Source: Ptychomitrium polyphyllum
Lineage: Eukaryota
Length of the DNA stretch: 64,000 bases
Assembly: GCA_973851085.1 (NCBI GenBank)
Contig: OZ316776.1
Coordinates: forward strand, 2,356,001 to 2,420,000
Reading direction: 5' to 3'
Each line of letters starts with the position of its first letter. Position 1 is the stretch's first letter. A model generated the notes under the pieces. That model had not been told where the DNA came from. It saw only the letters and a list, made by a program, of their open reading frames with translations, and did not search any database. Positions 18,518-32,925 of this stretch are shown one piece after another. Position numbers and translations under genes: made by a program.

Positions 18518-20216
18518 TTCTGCAAAGAGCACTGCACGATCCGATCCAGGGAGAAAGGAGGCAGCAACTGGAACACAAAGCGAGTGACCCGGGAAGCGGC
18601 ACTGTGCTGCTGCTTAAACCTCAAAGGTTTCTCCATCACGACGCCGGAGAATAAAGAATACATAATTTTTACCATTTTGCTAAAACCTAACCCTCAATTA
18701 CTGGATCATGCCGGCGCGATTCATGCTAATGTTGCTATTTAGCTCTTGTCACGGCATCAATTCTGTCGGTTCAATGTTCACTCAGACCTTCAGAAGCTAC
18801 TCGACACTCACATCGAGCAATGCTCTAGTCCTCCTTCCTGATCCAGCAAACTTCGAACTACGAATCTAGTTCACGCTGGTCCTAAATGGAATACCACAGG
18901 TGAGGGTTTTTGGATCGCAGTCTTCTTTGACTCTTCAGATCGACCGCTGCACTGCTTCGTACCGTCCTCGTCTTGAATGCGGTAACGAGAAACCCCAATT
19001 TGCATCTATGGGGAAACTGAGCAATTCTCCACTCGACGAAACACTGAAATCCAAGTTCTCTCCCTCCCGAAGCTGATCCTAGTGATGAACTGCATCTGAA
19101 TCCTGCTCGTGTAATGAATTGGTTGCCACTTGATGGATGCTTGGAATGAAACAGAGCTCGACCTAACTTCAAATTTCTGAGATTCAGGAGGAGAATGCAA
19201 GTGCTTCATCTTCTAAAGCCTGACACAACCTATTTCTCTATTCGAGAAAACAATCCAACTACTTTGGCGAGAATTTTTAAGCGAGTACAATAATTACCGA
19301 ATTTTTGCAGGAAAAGTTCAGATGTTCCGGCGGATGATGACGCGAGAGACATCAGGTTTTAGGCCTAGGTGTGCGACTTGCGTCATGCGGCTGCTCCAAG
19401 GTGGGGACAAGCTCTCATGCCTGGACTCCACCTAAACCTGGTTTTCCGTTGCGTATTTGACTTATGACGCAGCTTTTGCGTCTTTCCCTGGATTGCAACA
19501 CCGCCATGCAACTTCCAACTGCTAGGATTCAAGGGGAGTTGAAGGAAGTCGTCGTCAGTCAGGGACTAAATCCATGGAGACCACTATCCAAGTCCAATCT
19601 CGTCGCCGGGCTGGTCTCTGCCATCGTTCTTGCTCTTTAAAGCACAGCGTCTTTCTGTAACTTTTCCTTACTAGAGCCCCACTTTTATTCGTCTTTCCGC
19701 TCTGATTATCACGTTCTCACTGCCTCTCATTTAGTCAACGCTGCTTTAGTTGTCGTTCTTGACGGGCGGGGTGTGCGTAACGGAGAGATTTGTAAGGCAC
19801 ACATGTACTGTAGAGGTCAATGCTAGGCCGTGGCCACAGCCGGTCTTCACCGAGTATTAGAACCTGCCATGTCGTCAGCTGGAGAAAGGGGAGAACTTCA
19901 CAGAATGTGTTTATCAGGTAGTGATACTGTGGTTGTTAGCTCATGAAATCATTTTCCCTGATTGAGATCGACGTGCACGCCAGTTGCAAGTTCAGAAGCA
20001 CAGTCTGCATGTTCTAGAGGTTGTGATGTGAGCGCTTTGGTTTGAAGGACCGAATTACACAAGGCAATTGTTTTGGTGCAAAATGTTTGATGTTTTATCG
20101 ACTTAAACCTCTTCTGAAGAGGGAATAGCTTTATCAGTGCCAGAAATCAACGCCAATTGCATTGGAAGTCTTGGGTTAGCGGAACGGGAAGTGATAGGGA
20201 AGTTTTGGGGAGTAAG

Positions 20217-22247
20217 ATGGCGATCGTTGCAGTAGCGATTTCGGTCATGCCGCCCTTCTTCAGTATTTTCGAAGTATGGGCGTGCACACTCCTGATTGTG
20301 ACGATTGGGTTTTTCTGGTGGCGGCAACAAGGAGCCAAGTCTACAGTGGAGAAGGACGTAAAGGGTAATATGATGCAAGTGGTGGTGCCAGACCCTGAGC
20401 CTGTAGAGGACTCCGTGAAGCGGGTAACGGTGTTCTTCGGGACGCAGACGGGAACAGCGGAGGGATTCGCCAACGCTATCGCGGAGGAAGGGCGGTCCAG
20501 GTACGGCGACAATGTGGTGTTCAAGGTGGTGGATATGGACGAATACGGCGCCGACGACGATCAGTATGCGGCGAAGCTGAAGAAGGAGAGTCTTACATTG
20601 TTCATGGTGGCCACCTACGGCGACGGCGAGCCCACCGACAATGCTGTCCGCTTCTACAAGTGGTTCATCGAGGCCAACGAGGACAACAATCTGGGTCTCA
20701 ATCACATAACATACGGCGTCTTCGGCCTGGGAAACAAGCAGTACGAGCACTTCAACAAGGTGGCGATCAAGATCGACGCAGCGTTGGAGCACCACGGCGG
20801 GAAGCGTCTGGTAGAGGTCGGACTTGGCGACGACGACGACTGTATTGAAGACGATTTCACCGCCTGGAAAGAGAAGCTCTGGCCCGAGCTCGATGTGTTG
20901 GTCAAGGATGATTCCGATGATCTCCCGACCACGCCTTACACTGCCACCATTGCAGAGTATCGCCTAGTCATATACGAGGCGGGGAGCGAGGTTCACGAAG
21001 ACTCGTACAGGGCGAAGATGAATGGTCAGAATGTTTTCGACGCCAGTCATCCTTGCAGGGCTGAAGTGGTGACTGCGAAAGAGCTTCACACTCCTCTGTC
21101 AGACAGATCGTGCACGCACTTGGAGTTCGACATCGCTAACACGGGGTTGACGTATGAAACAGGGGATCATGTGGGAGTGTATGTGGAGAATTCCTGCGAA
21201 GACGTTGCAGAAGCGGCCAGGCTTCTTGGCGTTGACCTCGATGTCATCTTCTCGCTTCACGTGGATGCCAAGACGGGTGCCAACCTTCCGCATCCATTCC
21301 CAGGGCCCGTCACTGTGGACTCTGCACTCCGTCGGTATGCAGATTTGCTGAACTCTCCCCGGAAGTCGATTCTGAGCATCCTGGCAGCGTATGCCACGGA
21401 CGAGGAAGAAGCCGAGCGTTTGAAGCATCTTGCTTCGGCGGCTGGGAAGGATGACTACGCACAGTGGGTTGTAGCGAACCAGCGCAGTCTCTTGGAAGTC
21501 ATGGCGGCATTCCCCTCGTTGAAACTGCCACTGAGTGTCTTCTTCGCCGGCGTTGCCCCTCGCTTAATGCCGCGTTTTTACTCTATCTCGTCTTCTCCAC
21601 AGTTTTTCCCGTCCAGGATTCATGTCACCTGTGCGCTTGTTCATGGGGAGAGTCCCACAGGGCGCATCCACCACGGTGTGTGTTCCACTTGGATGAAGAA
21701 CTCGAGGTCGCTGGAAAACCACGGCCCGGAAGCGTGCTCCTGGGCTCCCATTTTTGTCCGACAATCGAGCTTCAGGCTGCCGGTGGAGAGCACCACGCCT
21801 ATCGTCATGGTCGGACCCGGCACGGGGCTGGCGCCATTTCGAGGCTTCTTGCAGGAACGAGCTGCTCTGCAGAAATCAGGGGCGACTCTTGGCCCTGCCA
21901 AGCTCTTCTTCGGATGTCGCACAAGGAAGCAGGACTTCATCTATGAGGACGAGCTTACAGACCATGTGAACAACGGCATCACTGAACTCGTGGTGGCCTT
22001 CTCTAGGGAGTCTTCGCAGAAGGAATATGTGCAGGACAAGATGTTGCAACAAGCCAATGAGATATGGCGTTTACTAAGCGCTGGTGGCTACCTGTATGTC
22101 TGTGGCGATGCCAAGGGCATGGCGAAGGATGTGCACAGGACGCTACACACCATTGTGCAGAAGGAAGAGGGCGTGGACAGCACCCAGGCTGAGAGCATCG
22201 TGAAGCAGCTGCAGGTGGATGGGCGCTACCAGAGGGATGTGTGGTAA
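20217..22247 (+). CDS. CPR: NADPH-cytochrome P450 reductase, intronless coding sequence
   Basis: N-terminal membrane anchor, [10 protein letters not shown] and [12 protein letters not shown] (FMN), RFYSISSS (FAD), [12 protein letters not shown] and [13 protein letters not shown] (NADPH), terminal DVW. Start may be ATG 20217 or the next in-frame ATG. Confidence 0.96.
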   Translation: MAIVAVAISVMPPFFSIFEVWACTLLIVTIGFFWWRQQGAKSTVEKDVKGNMMQVVVPDPEPVEDSVKRVTVFFGTQTGTAEGFANAIAEEGRSRYGDNVVFKVVDMDEYGADDDQYAAKLKKESLTLFMVATYGDGEPTDNAVRFYKWFIEANEDNNLGLNHITYGVFGLGNKQYEHFNKVAIKIDAALEHHGGKRLVEVGLGDDDDCIEDDFTAWKEKLWPELDVLVKDDSDDLPTTPYTATIAEYRLVIYEAGSEVHEDSYRAKMNGQNVFDASHPCRAEVVTAKELHTPLSDRSCTHLEFDIANTGLTYETGDHVGVYVENSCEDVAEAARLLGVDLDVIFSLHVDAKTGANLPHPFPGPVTVDSALRRYADLLNSPRKSILSILAAYATDEEEAERLKHLASAAGKDDYAQWVVANQRSLLEVMAAFPSLKLPLSVFFAGVAPRLMPRFYSISSSPQFFPSRIHVTCALVHGESPTGRIHHGVCSTWMKNSRSLENHGPEACSWAPIFVRQSSFRLPVESTTPIVMVGPGTGLAPFRGFLQERAALQKSGATLGPAKLFFGCRTRKQDFIYEDELTDHVNNGITELVVAFSRESSQKEYVQDKMLQQANEIWRLLSAGGYLYVCGDAKGMAKDVHRTLHTIVQKEEGVDSTQAESIVKQLQVDGRYQRDVW

Positions 22248-24869
22248 TAATGCCGATTTGCATAGGCGCCACCACTTGCATCTCAAGGTTTGAAGACATT
22301 CAACATCTCAGCCAGCATCAGGTATACTAGCTGAGAGTAGTTATACTTAGCCTAGAAATTATCAAGACTAATGTAAAGATAATTGGTGTAATCACTGCGC
22401 ACATTGTGCAATACAGGTACTGTGAGGTTAGTCGTTAGAAACAGCTGTGATGACATTGTTGTCTGATGACTTAACAGAAGATGATTTAGTTCGTAGAGAA
22501 GCAGCTCAAGGATGTGTACATTATTGATTGGGGAGAGGAAGAGAAGAGTCATGTTGACTTGAATCGACAATTGCGATATAGAACCAAAGAAACTGTTTAT
22601 CTCTACGCTTGTTTCCCAATCTCTGTTGATTCAAGCTTGAGACGTTGTATGAATTTTCTGTTCATCGCCGTGGCTTGTTGGAGGATTATTGCTGAATTTT
22701 TCAAACTCTGGGAGCGACACGTAGGATGTTCTATGGCGGCAATGCAGTTGTGGACATTATACTCAATTATATTTCGAACCCTGAGATAGTCGACTTCCTT
22801 CGTATCATTCATGATCATTGAATGGCAATTGAAGTAGAGGGCTCATTCACTCTCGGGTGTGGTCAATTGCTGAAGGAGACGTTGGGGCGTGAGGAGAGGA
22901 TTACCATGTCCGCACATTCATAGCCTCAATCCGTTCATCATCCTAATTCTCAAACACCTAACTTTGCAGGACCCAACAGGACTTGGTACAGGCTGTTCTT
23001 GACATGCATTTTGGTCTGCTGATTTTATTCAAAATATTGTAGTTCAGAAAGAATATGACATTTATCACATGGGCAGTGTGAAAAGCATGTAGCAATCCAA
23101 TAAAACAAAGGGTGATCATAAGTGAACTATACGCGCTAGTATTGGAGAACATAATTTGATTGCCCTTACCTAAAGCTAAGAAAATGAGGCAGGGAAGCCT
23201 GTTTCGTTGCACCAGATTTAAACTATTTTTTTCTTTCCAAAAAGTTTATATGTTTAATTTTCTGCCTTTGCGGTAGTCGAAGACCTTATGACCAACTCCG
23301 AAAACCTTCTTGAAGTATATACGTGTCACTTGAACAGACCAAAGATGCAACTTTAGACGTCAGATTCAGCGTAGCCTTCACAGGGGAATACCTAGACGAA
23401 AAAGTGACCATGATCAGGTCAACTAAAGGAGATCCTCAAAAATGTGCAGATTTTCTGTCACGGAACTTAGAGAGACTACAAACATATTGTAACAACATTA
23501 AGGGTATTCACACAGGGTCACCAAAGGAGCACAAAAGCAAGTGTTTTTAAAGTTTTCCAGGGAGAACGCAAAATCACTTGAACAAAAAGAAAACCCTTAA
23601 GAAATGCAGTCTCTTCAAACGCTCCTATACTGTGACTTTTCACTTTACCATCCATCCCCATAGGCTCGTCTGCATTTTCTTAAATTTTGCTATGGCTTTT
23701 CAAGGTTCCTTCTTGTTTTTTCTACATTTGTCCGTTGCACAAACAACACGCATGTCGAGCAATAAAGGATGCTTGGTTGGGGGCAAGGTGCAGTAGGCCT
23801 CGGTTGTGGTTGGTTGGGTTGGACTTGGTGAATTGAAACTGGTAGATGCTTTCGCGCATAAGCGCGGTTGAGATTAAGGTAGTAGGTTGTCTAATCATGA
23901 TTATATTGGCCATAGCCGGAGCAAAGGGTAACAAACTTCTTGCAGGAGTTGTTGAGCTTTGGTGCTGTTCTAATAATGGCCTTCGGCTTGGACAAGCCTT
24001 GTTTGTCAAAGCAAGCTGTAGTAACATTTTCCATTAGGATTGCTTGGAATATAGAGCAAGTAGCCACCTAGAGGTAATTGTAGAGATTGATGAAAAATAT
24101 GTTGATCAAAAAACTATTGGTCGGCAAAATGGTCATTTGCTGAATGAGTTTGTGAAGACACTTGTAGTAATTGTTGACAAAGTTGATTGATTCTGGAATA
24201 AGACTATAAAATCAAATGTGGGATTGCTCATTGATTTTGATCATACCGTACCAATTACGGAAGGCTTTGGAAAGTCTAGAAAATTCTATATAGCAATAGA
24301 AGCAAGTGTAGCTAATAAATCAATCATTTTCATCATCGTTGAAAAAATGACAAAAGAGACAAAGCATGGTGAATTTGTTGATTTTGCAATTTAAGAGCAT
24401 GATTTGCTTAAATCAATTGATATGAGTAGCGGAGCACTTATTCCAATTATATTTGAGAATAGATAAAGGTTTGTGTTGAATTCCTCAAGTATTGACGACA
24501 AGAATGGCAGTTGATGAAGCAATATGAGCATAAACCATTGCAAGGTTTGCATGGATATAAATTAGAGGGCCCAAAATAGAATGCTAAATCTGCAAGATTG
24601 ATGCTGCTATATATATTAGGGGTAGTGTCAATAGTAGATTATACACCAAATCTTTATTTAGTTAATTTTAGTATTTTGATAAGATACAATATTAGTTAAT
24701 TGTCAATTGTGAGAAAATAAAGGTTTTGGCCTAAATTATGAACCAAGGCCTTAGATTATAAAATTATTTTGATAGAATCTAATTACATAAATTAGATTCT
24801 TAAGAATATTAATTTTTGTTTAAGATGAGTTTCTTAAGAAAAGTAGAATTAGTTTTAGTTGGAATATAA

Positions 24870-25148
24870 TGAAGATTATGAGAAATTATTCCATTTTTGA
24901 AGCTGCAAGTAATTGTGAAGGAAGAAGATGAAGAACTACTCTGCTCTTGAAGTCACAAAAGATGGTGAAGAAAACAAATAGAGAGTTATTTTACTCTTAA
25001 AGCCGCAAATGATGGTAAAGAAAGAAAATGAAGAATTATTCTATTCTTGAAGCCACAAAAGATGATGAAGGAAAAAGATAGAGAGTTACTTTGCTCTTGA
25101 AGCCACAAGTAGTTGTAGAGAAAGAAAATAAAGAGCTATTCTATTTTT
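24870..25148. repeat. Degenerate 50-bp minisatellite, about 5-6 copies
   Basis: Unit cores AATTGTGAAG/GATGGTGAAG/GATGGTAAAG/GATGATGAAG/AGTTGTAGAG start at 24911, 24961, 25011, 25061 and 25111. Confidence 0.8.
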
Positions 25149-27529
25149 CAAACGTTATTCCCACAATAATAAATCAAATAACTCCTAATGAAATCTTCTT
25201 AAAAATTAATATTTTCAATAGTTGGTAAGCTGTTTTGCATTAGTTTTGGCTAAATAATTTATTAGGGATTAGAAGTTATGCATTGATTGGTATCTATCTT
25301 GTAGCAAATGGATGCCAACCATCGGTCCTTCCCGGAAATTGTTGGCAAGTGGCTTGTGAGTTGTTAGCAAGTGATTAACAAGTGATTTGCAAGCGTTTTT
25401 TAAGGCCATCTCAAGGCCTTATTCACTCTCTCTCTCATCTTTGGTTTGAGCCCTTGAGAAAGGCGGCCCATGGAGGCATCAAAGAGTTGTATTTGTCTTT
25501 GTTTTTATAAACTTGTATTGTATGTTGTTTGCATTACATCCTTGCTAGATCAATTTGAACTTACTATTAGTGGATTAATTTTTTTAATTTGACATATTTA
25601 TTGAGTAGAAGAAAAAAATTCAGTAAGAGTATGCACAAGAATCATCAAGTTTGAAGCTAAAATGAAAAAGTTATGAGGGTTTGAAGTTTGAGTGATTTTT
25701 AATTCTGCGGTTGCTGCTGTTTGTGCTGTGCGGTTTTCATCCAGCAGCACTGTTTCCATCTAGCAGCCTTGTTTCCATCCAGCGGCCTTGTTTTCATCTA
25801 ACTACTTGTTCCATCCAATTTTTCTCATTTGGCTCCTTCCATTTTTTTTGTTTCTATCTAATTTTTTTATTTTTTTTCTTGTGTTATTTTTCATTACTTG
25901 TTTTAAATAACTCAAATGGTAACCATTGCTTGGAAGGCATTATTTAGAGAATTAGAACTTTAAATGCTTGATTAATTAATCAACCATTAGAATAATCACA
26001 CAATTGGTTTTTACTACTTTGTAAACTTGTTGTGAAGTTATTCTTCCTCTTTAAGTGGACAAGGAGGATTTTTAGCTCACATTTTGGTACATATGCAGTG
26101 AGCATGTTCTTAGGTTGTAGGATTGTAATAAAAGGTAACAATAAAAAGAAATTTTAAAAAGCGGAAGATGGAAGACTTGAAGAGTTTAAGTGCGGCATTA
26201 TGTAAGTTTCAACCTCTTAGGTGCATTTTATATTGCATTGCTAGTAGGAAATGGTTGCATTGCTAGAAATGTTTGAATGATGTTGAATGTATTGCTAGAA
26301 GTATATAATGAAACGTATTAGTGTATGCTTGACAATTGTGCTTTAAAATGTTAGAATTGCCTTGTTAGAAAATGAATGAATTGCATGGATGAATGTTGCA
26401 TGGATTAATATTGTATGCTTAGCTTAGCATTGCTTACATTATAACTAGAATTGTACTAAATTACACTCAATTAGGACATAAGGCTGGAATTCATTAACCG
26501 TGCCAAGTTGGTTGAATATGCAAACTAGATATATTTTTCTTCACAATGAAGGGGAATTCTTAAAAAAGAATAATTTTTGTCGAAATAAAGATTTTGTTGT
26601 TAAACTTGGTACTGAATAAATTGCACCTTAAAGGAACAAGGAAGGGTCAATTCCACTCCAAATTATTTGATATAGCATCAAATGAGGCACAAATGAGATT
26701 GAGGTGATACTCACTCTAGTACTTCTCTATTTGGTGTCTTCTTGTTGTTTCCTATCCATGAGGAAGAGTGTGCAAATTTAATTGTGTATAGGTATTTGAC
26801 TAAACAAACTCCAAAATTTATACAATCATTAATGATTATAATATCTAATGAATGCTTATAAATTATTGTTAGAAGAATTGGTATGTCCAAAGTAGTAGAT
26901 TTTGATATCACCTAGAATTATTAAATATCATAGTTAAGATAAACTATTTACAAATATATTCCTTCAAATTGCCATGGTGGAATGATGGATGGAAGTGGAT
27001 TAAATCCAACATCTTGAAAGCAAGTAAAAAGCTTCAAGGTAATCCCTATCCATTGTATTGCTTTAAGGTCAATTATGAGTTAAGAGGTGAAAGGCTCCAG
27101 CCTTCCTACGCAAAAGCAATGAGCCTCTTAGCCAGAAGGAAAGGTTTAGATAACCAAGTATGGGACAAGGGTGAGTCTCCTTTCTTTCCTAAAAAACCCT
27201 CTACACAAATAAAGACAATTAGAAGGCAATATTTTAAATGGTTGAACTATTAAATGCTACTTAGACTTTGATACTACTTTAACTTAAATGTACTAAGGAT
27301 GCATTCAAATAAACCAGAATTAGTGCCTTCTCTAGACAAGATCAATAAGTTATGTACTCTACAAACAACATTCAATACAAAAGAAGGTATTAGCAACCAA
27401 GTAGATCCTTTAAATAGACAAAAAGGCTAAGTGATATGGTTGCACTAATACTACTCCCTCCAATAAATCCCTTGATTAGACCAAGTAATTTACCAATTGT
27501 AGTGCCTGCAGGTTAAGGTTGGCCAATAT

Positions 27530-28700
27530 GCCCTCCAACCTTCCAAATTTTTTGGAACTAAGGCCAAAGATCCTTCTCACTATGTAGAGCATTATATTGA
27601 AGCCTTATTTAGTGACAAACTAAGGCTATTACTTGGTTTGGTTTCCTAATACATTGCATAATGAGGCTTGGTACCGCAATCACTCAGAAGGAATCTTCAC
27701 TACTTGGCACAAACTCAAAATAGATTTTTTAATTTGATTTTTTTTCAAAGTAGGAAAAAGTGCTGCATTGAGGATATTAGCTACAGTAAGGCAAGGAAGA
27801 AACAAAAAAGAAATGAAGACATTTCATCCTAAATTTGATAGTTTGAATTAATTTGAATTAAATTTGTAGGGAGAATATTCAACAACAATACATTAAGACA
27901 ATTTTTCATCCAAGGGTTTTGCAAAAGCTCTACCATTAGGAGTACTCTAGACAAGCACCTTTTAATTTTAGACTTAGCAAAATGGGCTACTAGAGATGTG
28001 GAAGGAATAGGAAAGGAATATGAAAGACTATGGAGGAATGAAGATGAGTCCATTCCTCCTTGCATCCCTAGTTGGCTCAAAGATGAAAAGCTGTGTTCCT
28101 TAGTATTAGCCCCTTTGCCTAGCCAAGCCATTCCAATAGATGCTAGAGAGGAATTTTATCCAACATCCTTGATAATGAGACCACTTCTTTCAATCGATGC
28201 TTTGCCTTTGCTTGTAGCAGATACATAGTTAGTAGCTATAAAACAAGAATTGCAAACTAATCAACAAAAATACAAAGATGATATCATGAAACAATTGCAA
28301 GCTTTAACTAATCAAATGGTAGAATTACCTAGGAACCAAAATTCAAATCCACTTCCACTTCCAATAGAATCTTGGACGGCATATTTTTGGATTATGGTGC
28401 ACTTCTTGTAGACAGGCAAGGCACATTGTTTAGTTTTGCAATGCTATGTTATTGCAAGACTAGCAGAGGTACCAACTCCTTCATGAGTTTAAAACTATTT
28501 GGGACCAAACCAGAGGCAGCCAAACTTCCAGATGGCCAACCAAGGGGCTAATAATAAAAACAGTTAGTATTTTGAAGTTCATATCTTTTGTGGCAAACGG
28601 GATGCACTTGGTCAATGTTGGATAGAAAGCTAAGTAATATGTGGAAAATGTGGAGGCAACCACCCAACAGAGGTATGTAGGAAATTTGATAGAGTAGTGC
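27530..28700 (+). pseudogene. Highly degenerate retrotransposon gag with CCHC zinc-knuckle remnants
   Basis: Fragments read PKFFGTKAKDPSHYVE (gag N-terminus type), CTSCRQARH and CGKCGGNHPTEVCR; many stops and frameshifts. Confidence 0.55.
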
Positions 28701-29205
28701 ATGTGATTGCCTATGACAATCGTAGAGGCACTAGGGAGCATTTTTATGAGAACATTCTAAGGCTTCCAAATCTTTATTATAATTATGACAATCATAAGCA
28801 GAATCAACATTTACCAAGGGCACTTCAAACTAGTATAGGTTTCTATCCTCTCAATCCTAATTAAATCTTTGAACAAAGGCCTAGGAATCTACCACTTTTA
28901 GGGCAAAGTTGACAAAATGCAAGGTTTGCAAGCTAATATAATACAAGAGCTATAAGTAATCAAAATTTAGTTTTGGGAGCAAGGTTCTATCTAATCCTTC
29001 TTGATTCAAATCTAATCACAAATACTTGGACACCTTCTAAATTGCAACGACCTACAATTTTACCAACATTATTTATTATGACTAGGTCTAGAGCCACCCA
29101 ATTGTCATCTGCAATAGAAGATGAAGATACTACTATAGATAGTCCTTCTTACCTATTTAAATTAGAAAAAGTAGCTTAAGAAGTCATTAGGACCATCAAA
29201 GGCAA

Positions 29206-29567
29206 TGTCACAAACATACATATTAGAAGCATCTAGAAAGATTTTTAGAAGATTTAGGAAACTTCTAAGGAAGTTACCTTTGGCTTAAAAAACTTCCAAG
29301 GAAGTAAGTGAAAGTTGCTTGTATACAAAAAAATGTTAAAGAAAAGCTTCCTAAGAAGCTTTCAAGGCTTGTAGTTCTAATATATATAAGAGTCGAGGCT
29401 AAAGGAATCTTTAGTCTTGACAACGCATCTCTTGTGGTTTAACTCAAACCTTTTGGTCTTGTTTTTGTACCTTGTTGTAGCTCTTTACTTCTAATATACC
29501 TTGAACATATCTTGTTCCACATCCTGGAATCCTAAAGCCTTGTCTTGTAATTACTTTGTTTATAATA
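29206..29567 (+). repeat. 5' LTR of element A
   Basis: TG start, TATA-like TATATATAAG at 29381, followed after a GT spacer by an 11-nt PBS-position motif at 29570-29580, the same layout as element C. Confidence 0.7.
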
Positions 29568-32500
29568 GTTTGTCAAGACTGTCATGTAAAAATATCAAAC
29601 CTTAGTTTTTCTTAGTAGAGAGCGGATTTCTTGTCTTTCTCAAAAGCACTATAGCACTCTAAAGGTTACAAATTACCCTCTTCTAAACTAATATTCCTTC
29701 TTGAATTTTGTTTGATTTCTTGCATATATAACAATTTATATATGTTCCCATTTCATTTCTATGCTAGGAAGTAAAGAAGTCAATATGACTAATTCAAAAG
29801 AAGCCAAGTCAGATTCTATTATTAATATCCTTAAAACATTGAGGATCAAGACGGAGACTTTATCCAAGCAAAACAAAAAATTGTATTTGACTATACACAA
29901 TAATCAAGAAGGAGAAGCTATTCCAAGTCAATTTAGGTGCTTCATTTTCTAGACCTAATTTAGTAGATGACGGACAAGTTCAAGCCAAGAATTCAATGTC
30001 AACAATTGAAGAACCAAGAATCAATCTTCCAAAGAAGTTTGATGGTAAGCGTTCAAAATTTCTAGGCTTTGTAAACTAAGTTCAACTTATTACTTTGCTT
30101 CGACCTTAATGGTATCCTACGGACGCTTCACGCGTTGATTTAATAGGAACGTTGTTCTCAAGACCAGCATTGTTTTGGTTTGCACCACTTTTTGAGAAGA
30201 ATTCTTCCATACTTAGCAACTTTTATACTTTCTTAACCGCATTTGCAGAAGCATTTGGTGACCATGAAAAGCTTTGTCTTGCAACTACTAAGATTTGTGC
30301 CTTGCTCTATAAAAACCATGTTCTTTGTTAATTTATGCATTGAAATTTTGACAACTTGCATGCATCATTAACTGGGAAGAAGAAGTGCTGATGAGTCAAT
30401 TTTATTGGAGCGTATGCTACGAGGTCAAGGATTTATTGTTATCCATGCCAAACCTCCAAACACTTAATGAGGCCATTAACCAAGCTTTGAAGTGTAATAA
30501 TTATCTATTTCAACATTGATAAGATAAACGGATTTTGATTACGCCTTGGCATTATACCAACTTTTTAATAGCTGTAGCCTTGTCTACCTTTAATAAATAT
30601 TTGGAAGTGGAAGCCATATAGGTTGATGCAGTTCACTTCAAATCCTTTATCAAACATGAGAAGAAACAAAGTAGAAAGCAAGGATTGCATTTGTATTGTG
30701 GAAAATCTAGCCACAAGGTTGATAGCTGCCCAAAGAAACCTCTACATACATATTGGATGAGAAGTACAAATACAATGCCAAATGCTTTACAAGAAAATAA
30801 GAATGTCCAGCCAAGGTAGAGATTGTGCGGTTGGATCTGCTTTTTTTGCAATAAAAAAAGGTCATGTTCTATCAATCCATACTTGTTTGATTAGATGTTC
30901 AGAAGCTCAAAAGCCTTGCTCTAATAGATTTAGAAGCCTCTTTTTGCTTTATTAATAAAGAATTTATGAAAAATCATAAGTTTCATTTCATTAGAAAATC
31001 TAGACCTGTTCATATAGAAGTCATAGATGGTCAACCATTACCTTCCGCAGATGTTATTCATGAGACCAATCCATTAAGAGTAACATTGAACAATCATAGT
31101 AGTCAAGTGATATTTAATGTCATTAGATGTCCGTTAAGTCCCATCATTATAAGGCTTTCTTAGTTCAAAAAGTACAACCCTCAAATAGATTGGACATTCC
31201 GCTAAATAAAATTTCCATCATTAGAAGCTGTAACTACTAAGCCTACAAAGGAAGTTCAAGCATCTTATAGATTTAAAATCATAAAGCTTTTTTTTATTAG
31301 AGCTAGACCATTTATGAGAACATCAAATATTAATGCTTCTTTTGCTATATATACAACTCCAACGTCCAAAGTTGTGGCTTCATCCTCAATCATTCCAAAA
31401 AAATATAAGGAATTCAACAATGTATTCAAAAAGAAAAATGCAGACACCCTACTAAAACATTATTCTTATGACTGTGCCATAGGCCTCCAAGATGGTGCCC
31501 AACCATTATTTATCACAAAATGAGCTTTCATCATTGAAGGAATATATTGATGAAAACTTAGCCAAGAACTTCATACAACATTCAATATCTCTTGCTGGTG
31601 CTCCGATACTTATTGTAAAAAAGAAAGATGGATCATTACAAATGTGTGTCAATTACCTCAGCCTCAACAAAATGATGGTGATAAACCAAAATCCATTGCT
31701 GCTGATATCTGGGCTTCCTAATCAACTTGACTAAACAAAGATCTATACCAAAATAGACTTGCAAAGAATCTACAATTTAGTGTGCATAGAAAAAGGAGAC
31801 AAATGAATGATGGCTTTTTGAACAAAGTATGGACATTTTGAATACAATGTCATACCTTTTGGACTTATCAATGCACCTGCTATTTTTCAGCACTTGATGA
31901 ATGACATATTTTGAGAGTGTCTTAATGATTTTATTGTATGCTATTTGGATAATATCTTGATCTATTCAAAGAATCCAAAGGATTATGAACAACATGTCCA
32001 CATAGTTCTATAAAAGCTACAAGATGTCAATTTGTATACCAAGCTTGATAAATGTATATTCCATGAATTTCAAGTGGAATTCTTTAGATATATCATCTCC
32101 AACAAAGAACTAGTGATGAATCCAAAGAAGGTCAAAGAAATTAGCAATTGGATAAGGCTAAAATTGATATGTGATGTCCAATGTTTTCTTGGATTTGCAA
32201 ACTTCTATAAGATCTTCATCAAGGAATATTTTTAAACAACTGCATCACTCACGCAACTAACATTCAAGGAAAAGCTTGACTGGGAAAGTGATGTTGAGGA
32301 TGTATATTAAAGTTTGAAGCAAACTTTTACCACAGATCCTATCTTGGTCCATTCAGACTTTTCAAAGCAATTTTATCTTGAGACAAATTGTTCTGACTTT
32401 GCATTAAGAGCGGTTTTGTCACAAACAAGAAGAGAAGGAAGATTCCATCCTGTTGCATTTCATTCCAAAAAATTTTTAGCTGCAAAAATCAATTACAAGA

Positions 32501-32925
32501 TCCACAACAAGGAAGTCCTTGCAATTGTGGATTCCTTCCAAGAATAGCGTCATTTTCTTGAAGATGTTGTGCATCCAATGATCGTATATACAGATCACAA
32601 GAATTTAAAATATTTCATGTCTGCTTGTGTTTTAAATTGCCGCCAAGCTTGTTGGAGAATGTCTCTATCTTGATTTGATTTTTGCATCACATATTAATCC
32701 GGAAAATAACATAGATTAACAAATGCTTTGTCAAAGCAATCAAACCTTGCGCCAAAGGAGGGAGAGGCAGCACACAATTAACAATAAGCAATTTTGTTGA
32801 AATCCAAACGGCTTTGTATATGTACAACCACCATTTCAACTCCGGTGGATTCATTGTTTCTTAAGCAAGTGTGTATGGTATCTACCAAGGATCCTCTTAT
32901 TCTAAATATCAAGTGTTGTTCCAAT
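29206..32925 (+). mobile_element. Element A: old Ty3/gypsy element related to C; 5' LTR plus decayed gag-PR-RT-RNaseH, interrupted by element B and lacking its 3' half
   Basis: Begins TGTCACAAACATA like the family-C LTR; fragments PKKFDG, KKKDGSLQMCVNY, FLGFANFY and INYKIHNKEVLAIVDSF are collinear with element C; many stops. Confidence 0.85.
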
